DNA of 64,000 bases from Mobula hypostoma (GCF_963921235.1 NC_086107.1:103356001-103420000), one strand, 5' to 3'; shown: positions 37,621 through 49,744, counted from the stretch's first letter. Notes: generated by a model from the letters alone, not told the origin. A program made the numbers and translations.

Positions 37621-39442
37621 CTGCATAACTATTTAACTCAAGATAATTTACACCAGTGATGTGAGAGAATTAGGATCATGTTTTCAATTTCCAGCTGATG
37701 CAGCAGTGCTGGTGGGCTCTGCCCTCCTGGCTAAAGCTAACTTATTTGGCATGGGTCAGTGATGAAAGCTGGCATTCTCCAGAATGTTTTGGCTCTGTTT
37801 CAGACTAAGCAGTGGACTTGCTGGAGTGAAACAAAACTAGACAGAGCTTTGTTAAAGTAAGACACGGTTTACACAGTTTATGGCACTGTTGCGTAACGGG
37901 CATTCCATCTTGCACATCTGATTAAATATTAAATTTGGATTATCAGTGACATTGGGAGGATATCTAATCATCTGACCTCAATTGAATACATGTCTAAGCT
38001 TGTCACAATATGGTTGTTGATCCTCTCTGTGCCTTGTGGTGCATCAGGCAGCAAGCTTGCCGTTTCTTTAGCATTTTTCTGTTCTTCACGAGGCTGAGTT
38101 GCTAGCTCGATGCTCAACCCAGCACGGGTGGAAAGCGTGCAAGGAGCCGTCCAGATTCGAACTTGGGACCACTCGCCTCGAGGTCCGTGCTACACCACTG
38201 GCCGGCAGCAACATTGTGTCCTGTCCAGCTTGTGGCTGCAGGGTCAGGTCAGGAGTCCAGCTCCATATCTGCATGCTCAGTTACTTCTGTATTCTCTTCG
38301 CAGTGGGCAGTTGAGTACCGTACATTATCACTGATGCCACAATCTGTGGAATTGTGGACTAATAGATGGTCATCCGGAAAGTTATTGGAGAAATTCATGT
38401 TTTGACTCTCTGAAATAAAATATTTAACTCCTGGAGGAGTGGGGGTGGGAAGGGAGAATGATTTGAGTGCCTTTGGTCATTTTTGATAGATACAATTCTC
38501 CTGTCCCTGGCCTGTGCTGCTGGTCTTTGTCAGCCTGTGGTTGCTGAGGTTCGCTGCACTCATCTATATCCTGTGACAGGAAAAAGAGTTTTTGAATGAA
38601 TTTACTTTGAAACCAGATGTTGGTTGAAGTCTTTGTGGTCTGTGGGGGGGGGGTAGGGGTAGGAATTGTTCTTGGCCCAGTTAAAATAACCCAAGAGTAA
38701 TGTTTGTATCTAATGATGTGAAGTCGGTTGAGGTTGAGCAATGTTATGATTTTCTAAATGTTAATGTCCTTGTGTACATAGAGCTTGAGATTTATTAGTG
38801 CTTGCATGCATGATTTCAAGTGTGTTTTTGGTTAAAGTTTACTCTTGATGTATGTGCTAGTGTATCAGAAGTTATGGAGTAGAGCTTCATGTTAGAACTG
38901 GAGAGGGATGGTGTGGTACTGTGACTTATTATTTAATTGGATGTATTTTCTTTGTTTTACTGTGCTACTTCAGAATTAAACTATCTATTGGCATGTCCCC
39001 TTTAACCCTTACCTTAGAAAGCATCCTATTTGAATACATCGTGGCTTGGTATAGCAGCTACTCTGCACATGACTGCAAGAAACTGCAGAGTTGTAGACAC
39101 ATCTCAGAAAATCAGGGAAGCCAACCTCCCTTCTATGAACTCTTGTCTATACTTCTCGCTCTCTTCGTAAAGCAGCCAGCATTATCAAAGACTGATCTCA
39201 TCCTGGGCATTCTTTCCGTTCCCTTCTTCAATTGGGCGGAAGATATAAAAGCCTGAAAGCATGTACCACCAGGTTCAAGAATAGCTTCCACTCTATTGTT
39301 AGGACTATTGAATAGTTCCCTAGTACCATGAGTTCGACTCTGGATCTTGTTTTGATCCTACACATCGTTTACCTTACTGCACTTTCTCTTTAGTTGTTTT
39401 ATTCTACTATTTTATGGTTTTACCTTGTTCTACCTCAATATC

Positions 39443-39862
39443 ATCGTCATCGTCATAGCTATCCCTCGAGGTCGAGGATGATGGTCTTCGTTCCGAAGAA
39501 GTGGCCCACAGAGCGAAGATGCCTGTGCATGTATTTGTTTAACGTGTACTTGATGTTGCACTCCAAGAAGCACACGATACTTCACAAATCAACCAACTGA
39601 TTCCAGTGGCGTGGAAACCACGACGATTGGAGCTGATGGATTTGTTGCAGCCTTCATCCGCCTTCACAGCTGTTGAGTTCGAAGTAACTTCGTCCGCCTC
39701 CACCGTTGAGGTCTTGGTTGGATTGTTCTTTATCAGGGACCTCACCCTCGATCTTACCGCCATGGGGGACTCTACCAGGAGCATAGCTCCGGACGGCATT
39801 GCTGTCGGGATCACAGGACCACAAAGCTTCTCCACCACAACAAGGTGGCAATCCACGGGGAA
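39443..39862 (-). mobile_element. Non-autonomous RTE-related element inside a Rex-like fragment (about 38980-39950)
   Basis: Reverse complement starts gccaccttgttgtggtggaga..cctggtagagtcccccatggc; (gat/gac)n tail. Confidence 0.6.
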
Positions 39863-40774
39863 GTAATGATCTGATCTGCCTGAATAGAATGTAAGGCAAG
39901 CTTTTCACTGTACTTTGGTACATATGACAATAATAAATCAAATTCAGTTTCAATCTTTTGTACTTTGGGATTTTTGGAAAAAGGATTTTGGACAACTGGA
40001 CAATTACAGTTCACGGTAAGCTCTGGTGCTAATATTAGATACAGACATTGAGTTAATGATCTTGCAAAAAGAAGTGTTTTCCTGGCTGAGGCATTCATAC
40101 TTTGGAATACTAATTCAGATGCACAAGCTAGTTCTTTGTCTGAGAAGTTACTAATAAGTTGGCTCGGTCAGTTGATGTGGATGAGCAGTTTGGGTTTGAT
40201 AGGTTTCTGTACCAAAGTCTATTGTAGTCAACCCCTTTCCACCACAATTACCTGTTCTTCTCTCCCAGTTATACTGAGGTGCAATTTCCTCTTCATTGTG
40301 GTAATGGTCAGTGTTTTCTTCTGCATTAGTGTGACGGCAGGATATTCAATAGCAACACCTTGTACTGAGCTGCTGCACAGTGTCTTGTCTGCCCAAACTG
40401 ATGTTGGTTGGAGCTTCCCCACAAACTATAGCTTCTGGACTCCACCCTGCGGGGTCAGAACTGAATGCAGTTTTCAGTACAGAGGGCTGTGTCCTTGAGA
40501 GATGATTTGGCTCTGGCATCCATGGGCTGTTGGTGCTATTTGTCATTGGAGCCAGTCTATTCCACAAGTTGTATATTGCTGAAGCTGAACATGTGGAAGT
40601 GTACTAAGCTTTTTTTAATTTCATTGGCTCTATAAAATTCATCTTTTCTAAAAATCAGTTTCCTTTTTGGGAAAGAGGATGATCTGGATTGTAATAACAC
40701 AGCAAATATTCCTCTACCATCCATCTCCTCTTCCTTTCTTGTCAATGATTGTAACTAATGTCCCAACTGGGAGA

Positions 40775-41343
40775 CAACAGGAATTCTGCAGATGCTGGAA
40801 ATTCAAGCAACACACATAAAAGTTGCTGGTGAACGCAGCAAGCCAGGCAGCATCTCTAGGAAGAGGTACAGTCGACGTTTCAGGCCGAGACCCTTCATCA
40901 GGACTAACTGAAGGAAGAGTTAGTAAGAGATTTGAAAGGAGGAGGGGGAGATCCAAAATGATAGGAGAAGACAGGAGGGGGAGGGATGGCGCCAAGAGCT
41001 GGACAGGTGATTGACAAAAGGGATATGAGAGGATCATGGGACAGGAGGCCCGGGGAGAAAGACAAGGGGGGGAGAACCCAGAGAATAGGCAAGGGGTATA
41101 GTGAGAGGGATAGAGGGAGAAAAAGGAGAGTGAGAGAAAGAATGTGTGTATAAAAATAAATAACGGATGGGGTACGAGGGGGAGGTGGGGCATTAGTGCA
41201 AGTTAGAGAAGTCAATGTTCATGCCATCAGGTTGGAGGCTACCCAGATGGAATATAAGGTGTTGTTCCTCCAACCTGAGTGTGGCTTCATCTTTACAGTA
41301 GAGGAGGCCGTGGATAGACATATCATCTTTACAGTAGAGGAGA
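40775..41343 (-). mobile_element. Young PLE 3' end; intact hammerhead core at 40870-40905
   Basis: Near identical to 8900-9455; encodes LEEQHLIFHLGSLQPDGMNIDFSN. Confidence 0.9.
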
Positions 41344-42718
41344 AACTTCTTCCAACCTTCTACACTGAAAATAGTTGTTCTAAGATGCTGGTTTGGTGTG
41401 AATGTAGTTCCATTTGTCCTATGATCCATGGGAGAAGAGGAGAGAGTGTTTGTGCTCAGAGATCAGGTTTTTGAAGGGGAATGATAGGATTGAAGTTTCT
41501 CATCAAAACTCGAGGAAATGAAGGAGCACCCTCTACTTGCAAAGCAGGCACCTCTGGGTGATCTATGGTAATACTAAGCACAGGGCCGGTGCAATTCTCG
41601 TACTTGCAGGACATCAGTAACATTTCATGGTTTTCTGATGACCCTGGTTGGTAGTCGATATGCTAGGTTCTCTTTCCAGTCTAGTTGGAATGAAGGGGTT
41701 GGCGTTATATCCAGCGGTTGTGATCTTGAGCCAGGTTTATGGTTGATACCTTATGTATCTCACTTGTATGCTGCACTCCAAAGGGTCAAATTTGAATCTG
41801 GTTGCCTGTGAGGTTTGCATTTTTAGTTGGTAGAAATCACAAAGGTGTAACCGAGGTTGTTTCCATCAGTTGGAAGGATAATTGAGTGAACCTCTTTCTT
41901 GGATGAATGGGTCCTATAAAAGACTCTAGGTAGAATTAGAGCCCCCTCTTTTTGCTGTGGGAGGGAGATTGATGTCATGAAGTACTAATTCATACAGGGG
42001 GACTAATGTCTGGAGCTCTTTTCTTCCCACCACAACCAAGGACTCAGTAAATGTTGATTGAAACTTTCGGAGTTAAAACTGACTGTGATCCTGATTGACA
42101 ATAACTATACAGGACAGAAAGTGGGCCCTTCGGCCCACCGCATACATGCTGACCATCAAATACCAATGTATTGTTCATTATGTGCCATGTCGTATGATGT
42201 AGATTATCAAGGTCTTTCCATGATCATGATTGTTCTTGGCATATCTTTCTACAGAAGTGGTTGGCTGTTGCCTTCTGTGCAGTGTCAATCTCTACTAATC
42301 CCATTTACCAGCATTTGATCCATAGACTTCTGTGCCTTGGTGATACTCATCTAGTATCACATTCCAAATGTGATATTGTATCTAGTAGTGCATTGCAGAT
42401 TCCAATTACCCTAAAAGTTCTTGATCCCTTCTAAACCTATTAATCCTTACCCTAAACCAATGCCAGACATTGGTCTAGTCAGGATAGCAGCTCGGCATGG
42501 ACAATATATGGCTTGTTACTGTGATGTAGTGCTCTATGACTTATACCCTCTAGCTTTAGATGCCTCTACTAGAAGGATAAGCTTCCTGTTATTTACGCCT
42601 CTCATTTTGTTGACCCTCTATTAGAAACATAGAAACATAGAAAATAGGTGCAGGAGTAGGCCATTCGGCCCTTCGAGCCTGCACCTCCATTTATTATGAT
42701 CATGGCTGATCATCCAAC

Positions 42719-45700
42719 TCAGAACCCAGCCTTCCCTCCATACCCCCTGACCCCTGTAGCCACAAGGGCCATATCTAACTTCCTTTTAAACATAGCTAAT
42801 GAACTGGCCTCAACAGTTTGCTGTGGCAGAGAATTCCACAGATTCACCACTCTCTGTGTGAAGAAGTTTTTCCTAACCTCGGTCCTAAAAGGCTTCCCCT
42901 CTATCCTCAAACTGTGACCCCTCGTTCTAGACCTCCCCAACATCGGGAACAATCTTCCCGCATCTAGCCTGTCCAATCCCTTTAGGATCTTATACGTTTC
43001 AATCGGATCCCCCCTCAATCTTCTAAATTCCAACGAGTACAAGCCCAGTTCATCCAGTCTTTCTTCATATGAAAGACCTGCCATCCCAGGAATCAATCTG
43101 GTGAACCTTCTCTGTACTCCCTCTATGGCAAAGACGTCTTTCCTCAGATTAGGGGACCAAAACTGCACACAATACTCCAGGTGTGGTCTCACCAAGGCCT
43201 TGTACAACTGCAGTAGTACCTCCCTGCTCCTGTACTCGAATCCTCTCGCTATAAATGCCAGCATACCGTTCGCCTTTTTCACCGCCTGCTGTACCTGCAT
43301 GCCCACTTTCAATGACTGGTGTATAATGACACCCAGGTCTCGTTGCACCTCCCCTTTTCCTAATCGGCCACCATTCAGATAATAATCTGTTTTCCTATTT
43401 TTGCCACCAAAGTGGATAACTTCACATTTATCCACATTAAATTGCATCTGCCATGAGTTTGCCCACTCACCCAACCTATCCAAGTCACCCTGCATCCTCT
43501 TAGCATCCTCCTCACTGCTAACACTGCCACCCAGCTTTGTGTCATCCGCAAACTTGGAGATGCTGCATTTAATTCCCTCATCCAAGTCATTAATATATAT
43601 TGTAAACAACTGGGGTCCCAGCACTGAGCCTTGCGGTACCCCACTAGTCACCGCCTGCCATTCTGAAAAGGTCCCGTTTATTCCCACTCTTTGCTTCCTG
43701 TCTGCTAACCAATTCTCCACCCACACCAATACCTTACCCCCAATACCGTGTGCTTTAAGTTTGCACACTAATCTCCTATGTGGGACCTTGTCAAAAGCCT
43801 TTTGAAAATCCAAATATACCACATCCACTGGTTCTCCCCTATCCACTCTACTAGTTACATCCTCAAAAAATTCTATGAGATTCGTCAGACATGATTTTCC
43901 TTTCACAAATCCATGCTGACTTTGTCCGATCATTTCACTGCTTTCCAAATGTGCTGTTATCACATCCTTGATAACTGACTCCAGCAGTTTCCCCACCACC
44001 GACGTTAGGCTAACGGGTCTATAATTCCCCGGTTTCTCTCTCCCTCCTTTTTTAAAAAGTGGAGTTACATTAGCCACCCTCCAATCCTCAGGAACTAGTC
44101 CAGAATCTAACGAGTTTTGAAAAATTATCATTAATGCATCCACTATTTCTTGGGCTACTTCCTTAAGCACTCTAAGATGCAGACCATCTGGCCCTGGGGA
44201 TTTATCTGCCTTCAATCCCTTCAATTTACCTAACACCACTTCCCTACTAACATGTATTTCGCTCAGTTCCTCCATCTCACTGGACCCTCTGTCCCATACT
44301 ATTTCTGGAAGATTATTTATGTCCTCCTTAGTGAAGACAGAACCAAAGTAATTATTCAATTGGTCTGCCATGTCCTTGCTCCCCATAATCAATTCACCTG
44401 TTTCTGTCTGCAGGGGACCTACATTTGTCTTTACCAGTCTTTTCCTTTTTACATATCTATAAAAGCTTTTACAGTCCGTTTTTATGTTCCCTGCCAGTTT
44501 TCTCTCATAATCTTTTTTCCCTTTCCTAATTAAGCCCTTTGTCCTCCTCTGCTGAACTCTGAATTTCTCCCAGTCCTCAGGTGAGCCACTTTCTCTGGCT
44601 AATTTGTATGCTTCTTCTTTGGAATTGATACTATCCCTAATTTCTCTTGTCAGCCACGGGTGCACTACCTTCCTTGATTTATTCTTTTGCCAAACTGGGA
44701 TGAGCAATTGTTGTAGTTCATCCATGCAACCTTTAAATGCTTGCCATTGCATATCCACCGTCAATCCTTTAAGTGTCATTTGCCAATCTATCTTAGCTAA
44801 TTCACGTCTCATACCTTCAAAGTTACCCCTCTTTAAGTTCAGAACCTTTGTCTCTGAATTAACTATGTCACTCTCCATCTTAATGAAGAATTCCACCATA
44901 TTATGGTCACTCTTACCCAAGGGGCCTCTCACAACAAGATCGCTAATTAACCCTTCCTCATTGCTCAAAACCCAGTCCAGAATAGCCTGCTCTCTAGTTG
45001 GTTCCTCGACATGTTGGTTCAAAAAACCATCCCGCATACATTCCAAGGAATCCTCTTCCTCAGCACCTTTACCAATTTGGTTCACCCAATCTACATGTAG
45101 ATTGAAGTCACCCATTATAACTGCTGTTCCTTTATTGCACACATTTCTAATTTCCTGTTTAATACCATCTCCGACCTCACTACTACTGTTAGGTGGCCTG
45201 TACACAACTCCCACCAGTGTCTTCTGCCCCTTAGTGTTACGCAGCTCTACCCATATCGATTCCACATCTTCCCGGTTTATGTCCTTCCTTTCTATTGCGT
45301 TAATCTCTTCTTTAACCAGCAATGCCACCCCACCTCCCCTTCCTTTATGTCTATCCCTCCTGAATATTGAATATCCCTGAACGTTGAGCTCCCATCCCTG
45401 GTCACCCTGGAGCCATGTCTCTGTGATCCCAACTATATCATAATCATTAATAACAATCTGCACTTTCAATTCAACCACCTTATTACGAATGCTCCTTGCA
45501 TTGACACACAAAGCCTTCAGGCGCTCTTTTACAACTCTCTTAGCCCTTGTACAATTATGTTGAAAAGTGGCCCTTTTTGATGCTTGCCCTGGATTTGTTG
45601 GCCTGCCACTTTTACTTTTCTCCTTAGTACTTTTTGCTTCTACCCTCATTTTACACCCCTCTGTCTCTCTGCACTGGTTCCCATCCCTCTGTTGTGAACT

Positions 45701-45745
45701 AACCTCCTCACGCCTAGCCTCTTTAATTTGATTCCCACCCCCCAA
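42719..45745 (-). CDS. CR1 ORF2: APE endonuclease plus reverse transcriptase (first in-frame ATG at 45649)
   Basis: CVNARS, ITETW, GDFN, SDH endonuclease motifs; QHGF, YLDFQKAFD, GVPQGSVLGP, FADD RT motifs; 1008 codons open. Confidence 0.95.
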   Translation of the reverse strand: MGGGNQIKEARREEVSSQQRDGNQCRETEGCKMRVEAKSTKEKSKSGRPTNPGQASKRATFQHNCTRAKRVVKERLKALCVNARSIRNKVVELKVQIVINDYDIVGITETWLQGDQGWELNVQGYSIFRRDRHKGRGGGVALLVKEEINAIERKDINREDVESIWVELRNTKGQKTLVGVVYRPPNSSSEVGDGIKQEIRNVCNKGTAVIMGDFNLHVDWVNQIGKGAEEEDSLECMRDGFLNQHVEEPTREQAILDWVLSNEEGLISDLVVRGPLGKSDHNMVEFFIKMESDIVNSETKVLNLKRGNFEGMRRELAKIDWQMTLKGLTVDMQWQAFKGCMDELQQLLIPVWQKNKSRKVVHPWLTREIRDSINSKEEAYKLARESGSPEDWEKFRVQQRRTKGLIRKGKKDYERKLAGNIKTDCKSFYRYVKRKRLVKTNVGPLQTETGELIMGSKDMADQLNNYFGSVFTKEDINNLPEIVWDRGSSEMEELSEIHVSREVVLGKLKGLKADKSPGPDGLHLRVLKEVAQEIVDALMIIFQNSLDSGLVPEDWRVANVTPLFKKGGREKPGNYRPVSLTSVVGKLLESVIKDVITAHLESSEMIGQSQHGFVKGKSCLTNLIEFFEDVTSRVDRGEPVDVVYLDFQKAFDKVPHRRLVCKLKAHGIGGKVLVWVENWLADRKQRVGINGTFSEWQAVTSGVPQGSVLGPQLFTIYINDLDEGIKCSISKFADDTKLGGSVSSEEDAKRMQGDLDRLGEWANSWQMQFNVDKCEVIHFGGKNRKTDYYLNGGRLGKGEVQRDLGVIIHQSLKVGMQVQQAVKKANGMLAFIARGFEYRSREVLLQLYKALVRPHLEYCVQFWSPNLRKDVFAIEGVQRRFTRLIPGMAGLSYEERLDELGLYSLEFRRLRGDPIETYKILKGLDRLDAGRLFPMLGRSRTRGHSLRIEGKPFRTEVRKNFFTQRVVNLWNSLPQQTVEASSLAMFKRKLDMALVATGVRGYGGKAGF

Positions 45746-45750
45746 CCATT

Positions 45751-46685
45751 CTAGTTTAAAGTCACCTCAGTAGCCCCCGCTAATCTCCCTGCCAGGATAT
45801 TGGTCCCCCTAGGATTTAAGTGTAACCCGTCCTTTTTGTACAGGTCACACCTGCGCCAAAAGAGGTCCCAATGATCCAAAAACTTGAATCCCTGCCCCCT
45901 GCTCCAATCCCTCAGCCACGCATTTATCCTCCACCTCATCGCATTCCTACTCTCACTGTCGCGTGGCACAGGCAGTAATCCCGAGATTACTACCTTTGCG
46001 GTCCTTTTTCTCAACTCCCTTCCTAGCTCCCTATATTCTTCTTTCAGGACCTCATCCCTTTTCCTACCTATGTCATTGGTAGCTATATGTACCAGGACCT
46101 CTGGCTCTTCACCCTCCCACTTCAGGATATCTTGGACACGATCAGAAATATCCCGGACCCTGGCACCAGGGAGGCAAACTACCATCCGAGTCTCTGGACT
46201 GCGTCCACAGAATCGCCTATCTGACCCCCTTACTATCGAGTCCCCTATCACAACTGCCCTCCTCTTCCTTGCCCTACCCTTCTGAGCTACAGGGCCAGAC
46301 TCTGTGCCAGAGGCAGGGCCACTGTCGCTTCCCCCGGGTAAGCTGTCCCCCCAACAGTACTCAAACAGGAGTACCTGTTGTTAAGGGGCACAGCCGCCGG
46401 GGTACTCCCCATCACCTTCCTTATCCCCTTCCCCCTCCTAACTGTGACCCACTTGTCTGCCTCCCGTGGCCCCGGCGTGACCACCTGCCTTCCACTCCTC
46501 TCTATCACCTCCTCGCTCTCCCTGACCAGACGAAGGTCATCGAGCTGCAGCTCCAGTTCCGTAACGCGGTCCCTTAGGAGCTGCATCTCGATGCACTTGG
46601 CGCAGATGTAGACGTCCGGGAGGCTTGGAGACTCCAGGGCCTCCCACATCCGACACCGAGAACAGCAAACTGCCCTCACAGTCAT
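45751..46685 (-). pseudogene. CR1 ORF1 (zinc finger, coiled coil, SGNH esterase) with one frameshift at 46347-46352
   Basis: CSRC..CAKC and heptad region in ORF 46287-46709; GDS, PGA, TND, DGLH in ORF 45751-46251; adding one base joins the two frames. Confidence 0.88.
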
Positions 46686-46847
46686 AATGCCCCTCTCCTC
46701 AAATAGCAACAGAAAATGAATGTCAAACCTTCCTCGCCTCGCCCGCTTCCGCCTAAGCCCGGTGAGCCGAAGCCCTTAAGTCTTCACTCTGCTCCCGGCT
46801 CACTCTGCCACCCGCAAACTACGCTGCCCGCTCTATGAGGCTCTGTT

Positions 46848-47165
46848 CCTTTTAAATCTGCCGCGCTGCACTGCCCGACGTCACACGCCTGCGCAGTCCC
46901 GCCTCTCAGAAAGCCGTTGGAGAAAAAAAAATAACGAAAATTTCAAAAATCTCTTTTTCGGCACTCCCACTCAGACTCTCAGACTCCTTCTTCGAATCAA
47001 ATCCGAAGCAGGATGTCTGCCCTTTTAAATCTGCCGCGCTGCACTGCCCGACGTCACACGCCTGCGCAGTCCCGCCTCTCAGAAAGCCGTTGGAGAAAAA
47101 AAATAACGAAAATTTCAAAAATCTCTTTTTCGGCACTCCCACTCAGACTCTCAGACTCCTTCTTC
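46848..47165 (-). repeat. Tandem duplication of about 145 bp in the CR1 5' UTR
   Basis: 46848-46993 equals 47021-47165 except A9 versus A8; 27-bp spacer. Confidence 0.95.
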
Positions 47166-47746
47166 TAGGTTCCATCTTCGGGCTTCTCTGTTACAAGGTA
47201 GACAAATTCAGTCTCAAACAGATGAAAGTGAGCACATGGATGGGGTGGGATGGGGAGGAATGTACCTGAATGTCGGGAAAGGCTTGAAGTTGATTTGGCC
47301 AGTACTATGATACACCTGGCTGGTGGTATAGTGGTATCTACGTGGGACTTTGAGGCACGTGGTCCCAGGTTCGAATCTAGCCAGCATCTTGCATGCTTTC
47401 CTTCTGTGCTTGGTTGAGGATTGACTGTCAAGCTAGTAAATCAGCCTCTTTTTTTTTTTAAAAAACAGACAAATGCTAAAGAAATGGGAAGGTTGCTGCT
47501 CAAGGTGCAGAGAGGAACAAATAATGATTAACCTGTTCTTGGCTGAGATGCCTTCCGTGACAGAATACTATTGAGGTGCAGCATTGTGAATGAAAGGGGT
47601 TGTTGATCAATTGTTGCCATATCTCATTATGAAACTAAATTCCATGTATGTTATTTCTGGTAGCTGATGAGATGAGATTGACTCATGTTAGGTTTGTATA
47701 ATCACTTAGAATTTTCTCCATTTCTCCTTTCCCAATGGTCGAGAGG

Positions 47747-47824
47747 AGGGGTTCCCAACCTGGGATCCACGGACCCCTTGCTTAATGGCATTGGTCTATG
47801 GCATAAAAAAGGTTGGGAGCCCTG
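47747..47824. mobile_element. hAT-like MITE
   Basis: aggggttcccaacct .. aggttgggagccctg terminal inverted repeats; related relic at about 30512-30569. Confidence 0.65.
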
Positions 47825-48339
47825 CTCTAGAGGTTAAAAGCCACTATAAATGTTATGTGACTTAAGTCCTGACATCTTAAGTCTCTAAATTATATGATGT
47901 GGCACGTAATGAACAATAGATCTAATGTTTTTTTTAATTACTCTATGACATTGTCATTTGATACCTTTCCTAAACTGGTGTGCCCAGTCTGTTTCCTTGC
48001 CTATTGGAGATGTCTCAACACAAGGCAAATTGTTAAATACTGCAAAATGTAAAATAATTAAACCCTGAACTATAAATATTTTTTGTGGTTCTTTTGCATT
48101 CAAAGTTTGCTGGGAGGTATTTTGCAAAAGGTGACCCGTGTTAAAATTCTTCCATGTGCTCTTTTGGGGGCATTGATTCGTTCAGGAATTTGATTCTGTG
48201 TATTTGTGTTTCTTCCCTCTGAATGTTTTCTGGCTTGCTATGTGGAAAATATTAATCATAAACTATTTTTTGGTCAATATATTTGTCCTTGGTTTTCAGC
48301 AGCTTCTGAAGGGGAATCCTTTTATGGGTAGGCACTCGT

Positions 48340-49092
48340 AGTCCACTGAATTGGGAATATCGGTTAATCGGGTAGCCGCTTGTTTGGGACAACTGTTAAA
48401 GAACAATCACTAATCGAGAAAATAAACAGGATTCCCTCTGTTTATTTGCGACATCCTGCCACTCAATTGGGACAGGAGTCTATTGCTGAACTGTAGATAA
48501 CTGGCATCAGTCACGTGTGCTTGCATACACCATGCTTCGAGTGAGCAGTTTTAAAATAGCGTCAGTTGCGTGTGTTTGTGTCCAAAAGGCAGTCATTTTT
48601 TTATCATTGAATGTTGGTGAGAAATAAGCAGTTAAGACAATTCGGAGTTGTTTTGTTCACAGTGGTCTCAAGCATTCAGAATTGGAGATGCCAGAAATGG
48701 TCGGGAGTAAAAATGAAACTATTTCACTACTTCAAGTTAGAAACTACAAAGAATTTGAAGGTACTGACAATCATCTTGAATGTTACAATGAGAATGAAGA
48801 TTTGGAGGATGCAATCATCAGCAACATTGTACGAAGGCAGCCTGTTATCTGCACTTGGAGTCTGCCCTGGTTTTGTTCACTTAAAATCAGAAGAAAGTAA
48901 TACGTGTGATTTATGTTCTGCAGTAATATTGGAAGTATTCTAATTTATATTTCATTCAAATAATTTGTTACTCAGTTTGTCTTTTTGAATATCTTTTTTA
49001 ACTATTTCTAGGAAATTGGCTCATTGGGGCGGCTGCTTAATTGAGCCAAATTGTACTGGTCTCAATGTGTCCCAATGAACTGGAATCCACTG
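48340..49092 (+). mobile_element. Degraded pogo/Tigger-like non-autonomous DNA transposon
   Basis: Ends in tcccaatgaactggaatccactg with a loosely matching inverted start; acidic coding remnant LECYNENEDLEDAII. Confidence 0.45.
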
Positions 49093-49094
49093 CA

Positions 49095-49652
49095 CGCTCA
49101 GAAGCCACTTTTTTCGGTACACCTGAACAGCTGCTTGTTAATGCAAATACCTAATCAGCCAATCATGTGTCAGCAACTCAGTGCATAAAAGCATGTAGAC
49201 ATGATCAAGAGGTTCAGTCATTGTTCAAACCAAATATCAGATTGGGGAAGAAGTGTGATCTAAGTGATCTTGACTGTGGAATTATTGTTCGTGCCAGACA
49301 GAATAGTTTGAGTATCTCAGAAGCTGTTGATCTCCTTAGATTTTCATGCATGACTGTTCCTAGAGTTTACAGAGAATAAATTAAAAAAAATCTAATGAGT
49401 GGCAGTCCTATGGGCAAAATGCCTTGCTAATGAGAGAGGTCAGAGGAGAATGGCCAGACTGGTTCAAGCTGACAGGAAGGTGACAGTAACTCAAATAACC
49501 ACACGTTACAACAGTGATGTACAGAAGAGCATCTCTGAACGCACAGCATGTCGAACCTTGAAGTGGACAGACTACAGCAGAAGACCATGAACATACACTC
49601 AGTGGCCACTTCATTAGGTACAGGAGGTATCTAATAAAGTGGCCACTGAGTG
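49095..49652 (+). mobile_element. Internally deleted Tc1-like transposon
   Basis: GKKCDLSDLDCGIIVRAR..SISEAVDLL..VPRVYRE and ERGQRRMARLVQADRK (Tc1 HTH region); TIR cactcagtggccacttYattaggtac. Confidence 0.85.
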
Positions 49653-49744
49653 TTGTGGTTTAGATCAAGTTGCACCCTAGAATTCTAGTGGCACGTGGTG
49701 AGATTTTCTCCCTTTATTTACAGGGTTTGTTGCAGAAGCAAAAA

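Larger units (their letters stand above)
42622..47165 (-). mobile_element. Full-length young CR1 LINE
   Basis: Repeated 5' UTR, ORF1, ORF2, 3' stem (aggtgcagg 42646-42654 / cctgcacct 42678-42686) and (ttctatgt)n tail. Confidence 0.97.

Noticed and set aside
37755..37830. C-box-like gtgatga as a C/D snoRNA
   Set aside because: No convincing D box with a terminal stem
44604..45380. 258-aa + strand ORF and other + strand ORFs at 43101-46611
   Set aside because: Antisense shadows of CR1 ORF1 and ORF2
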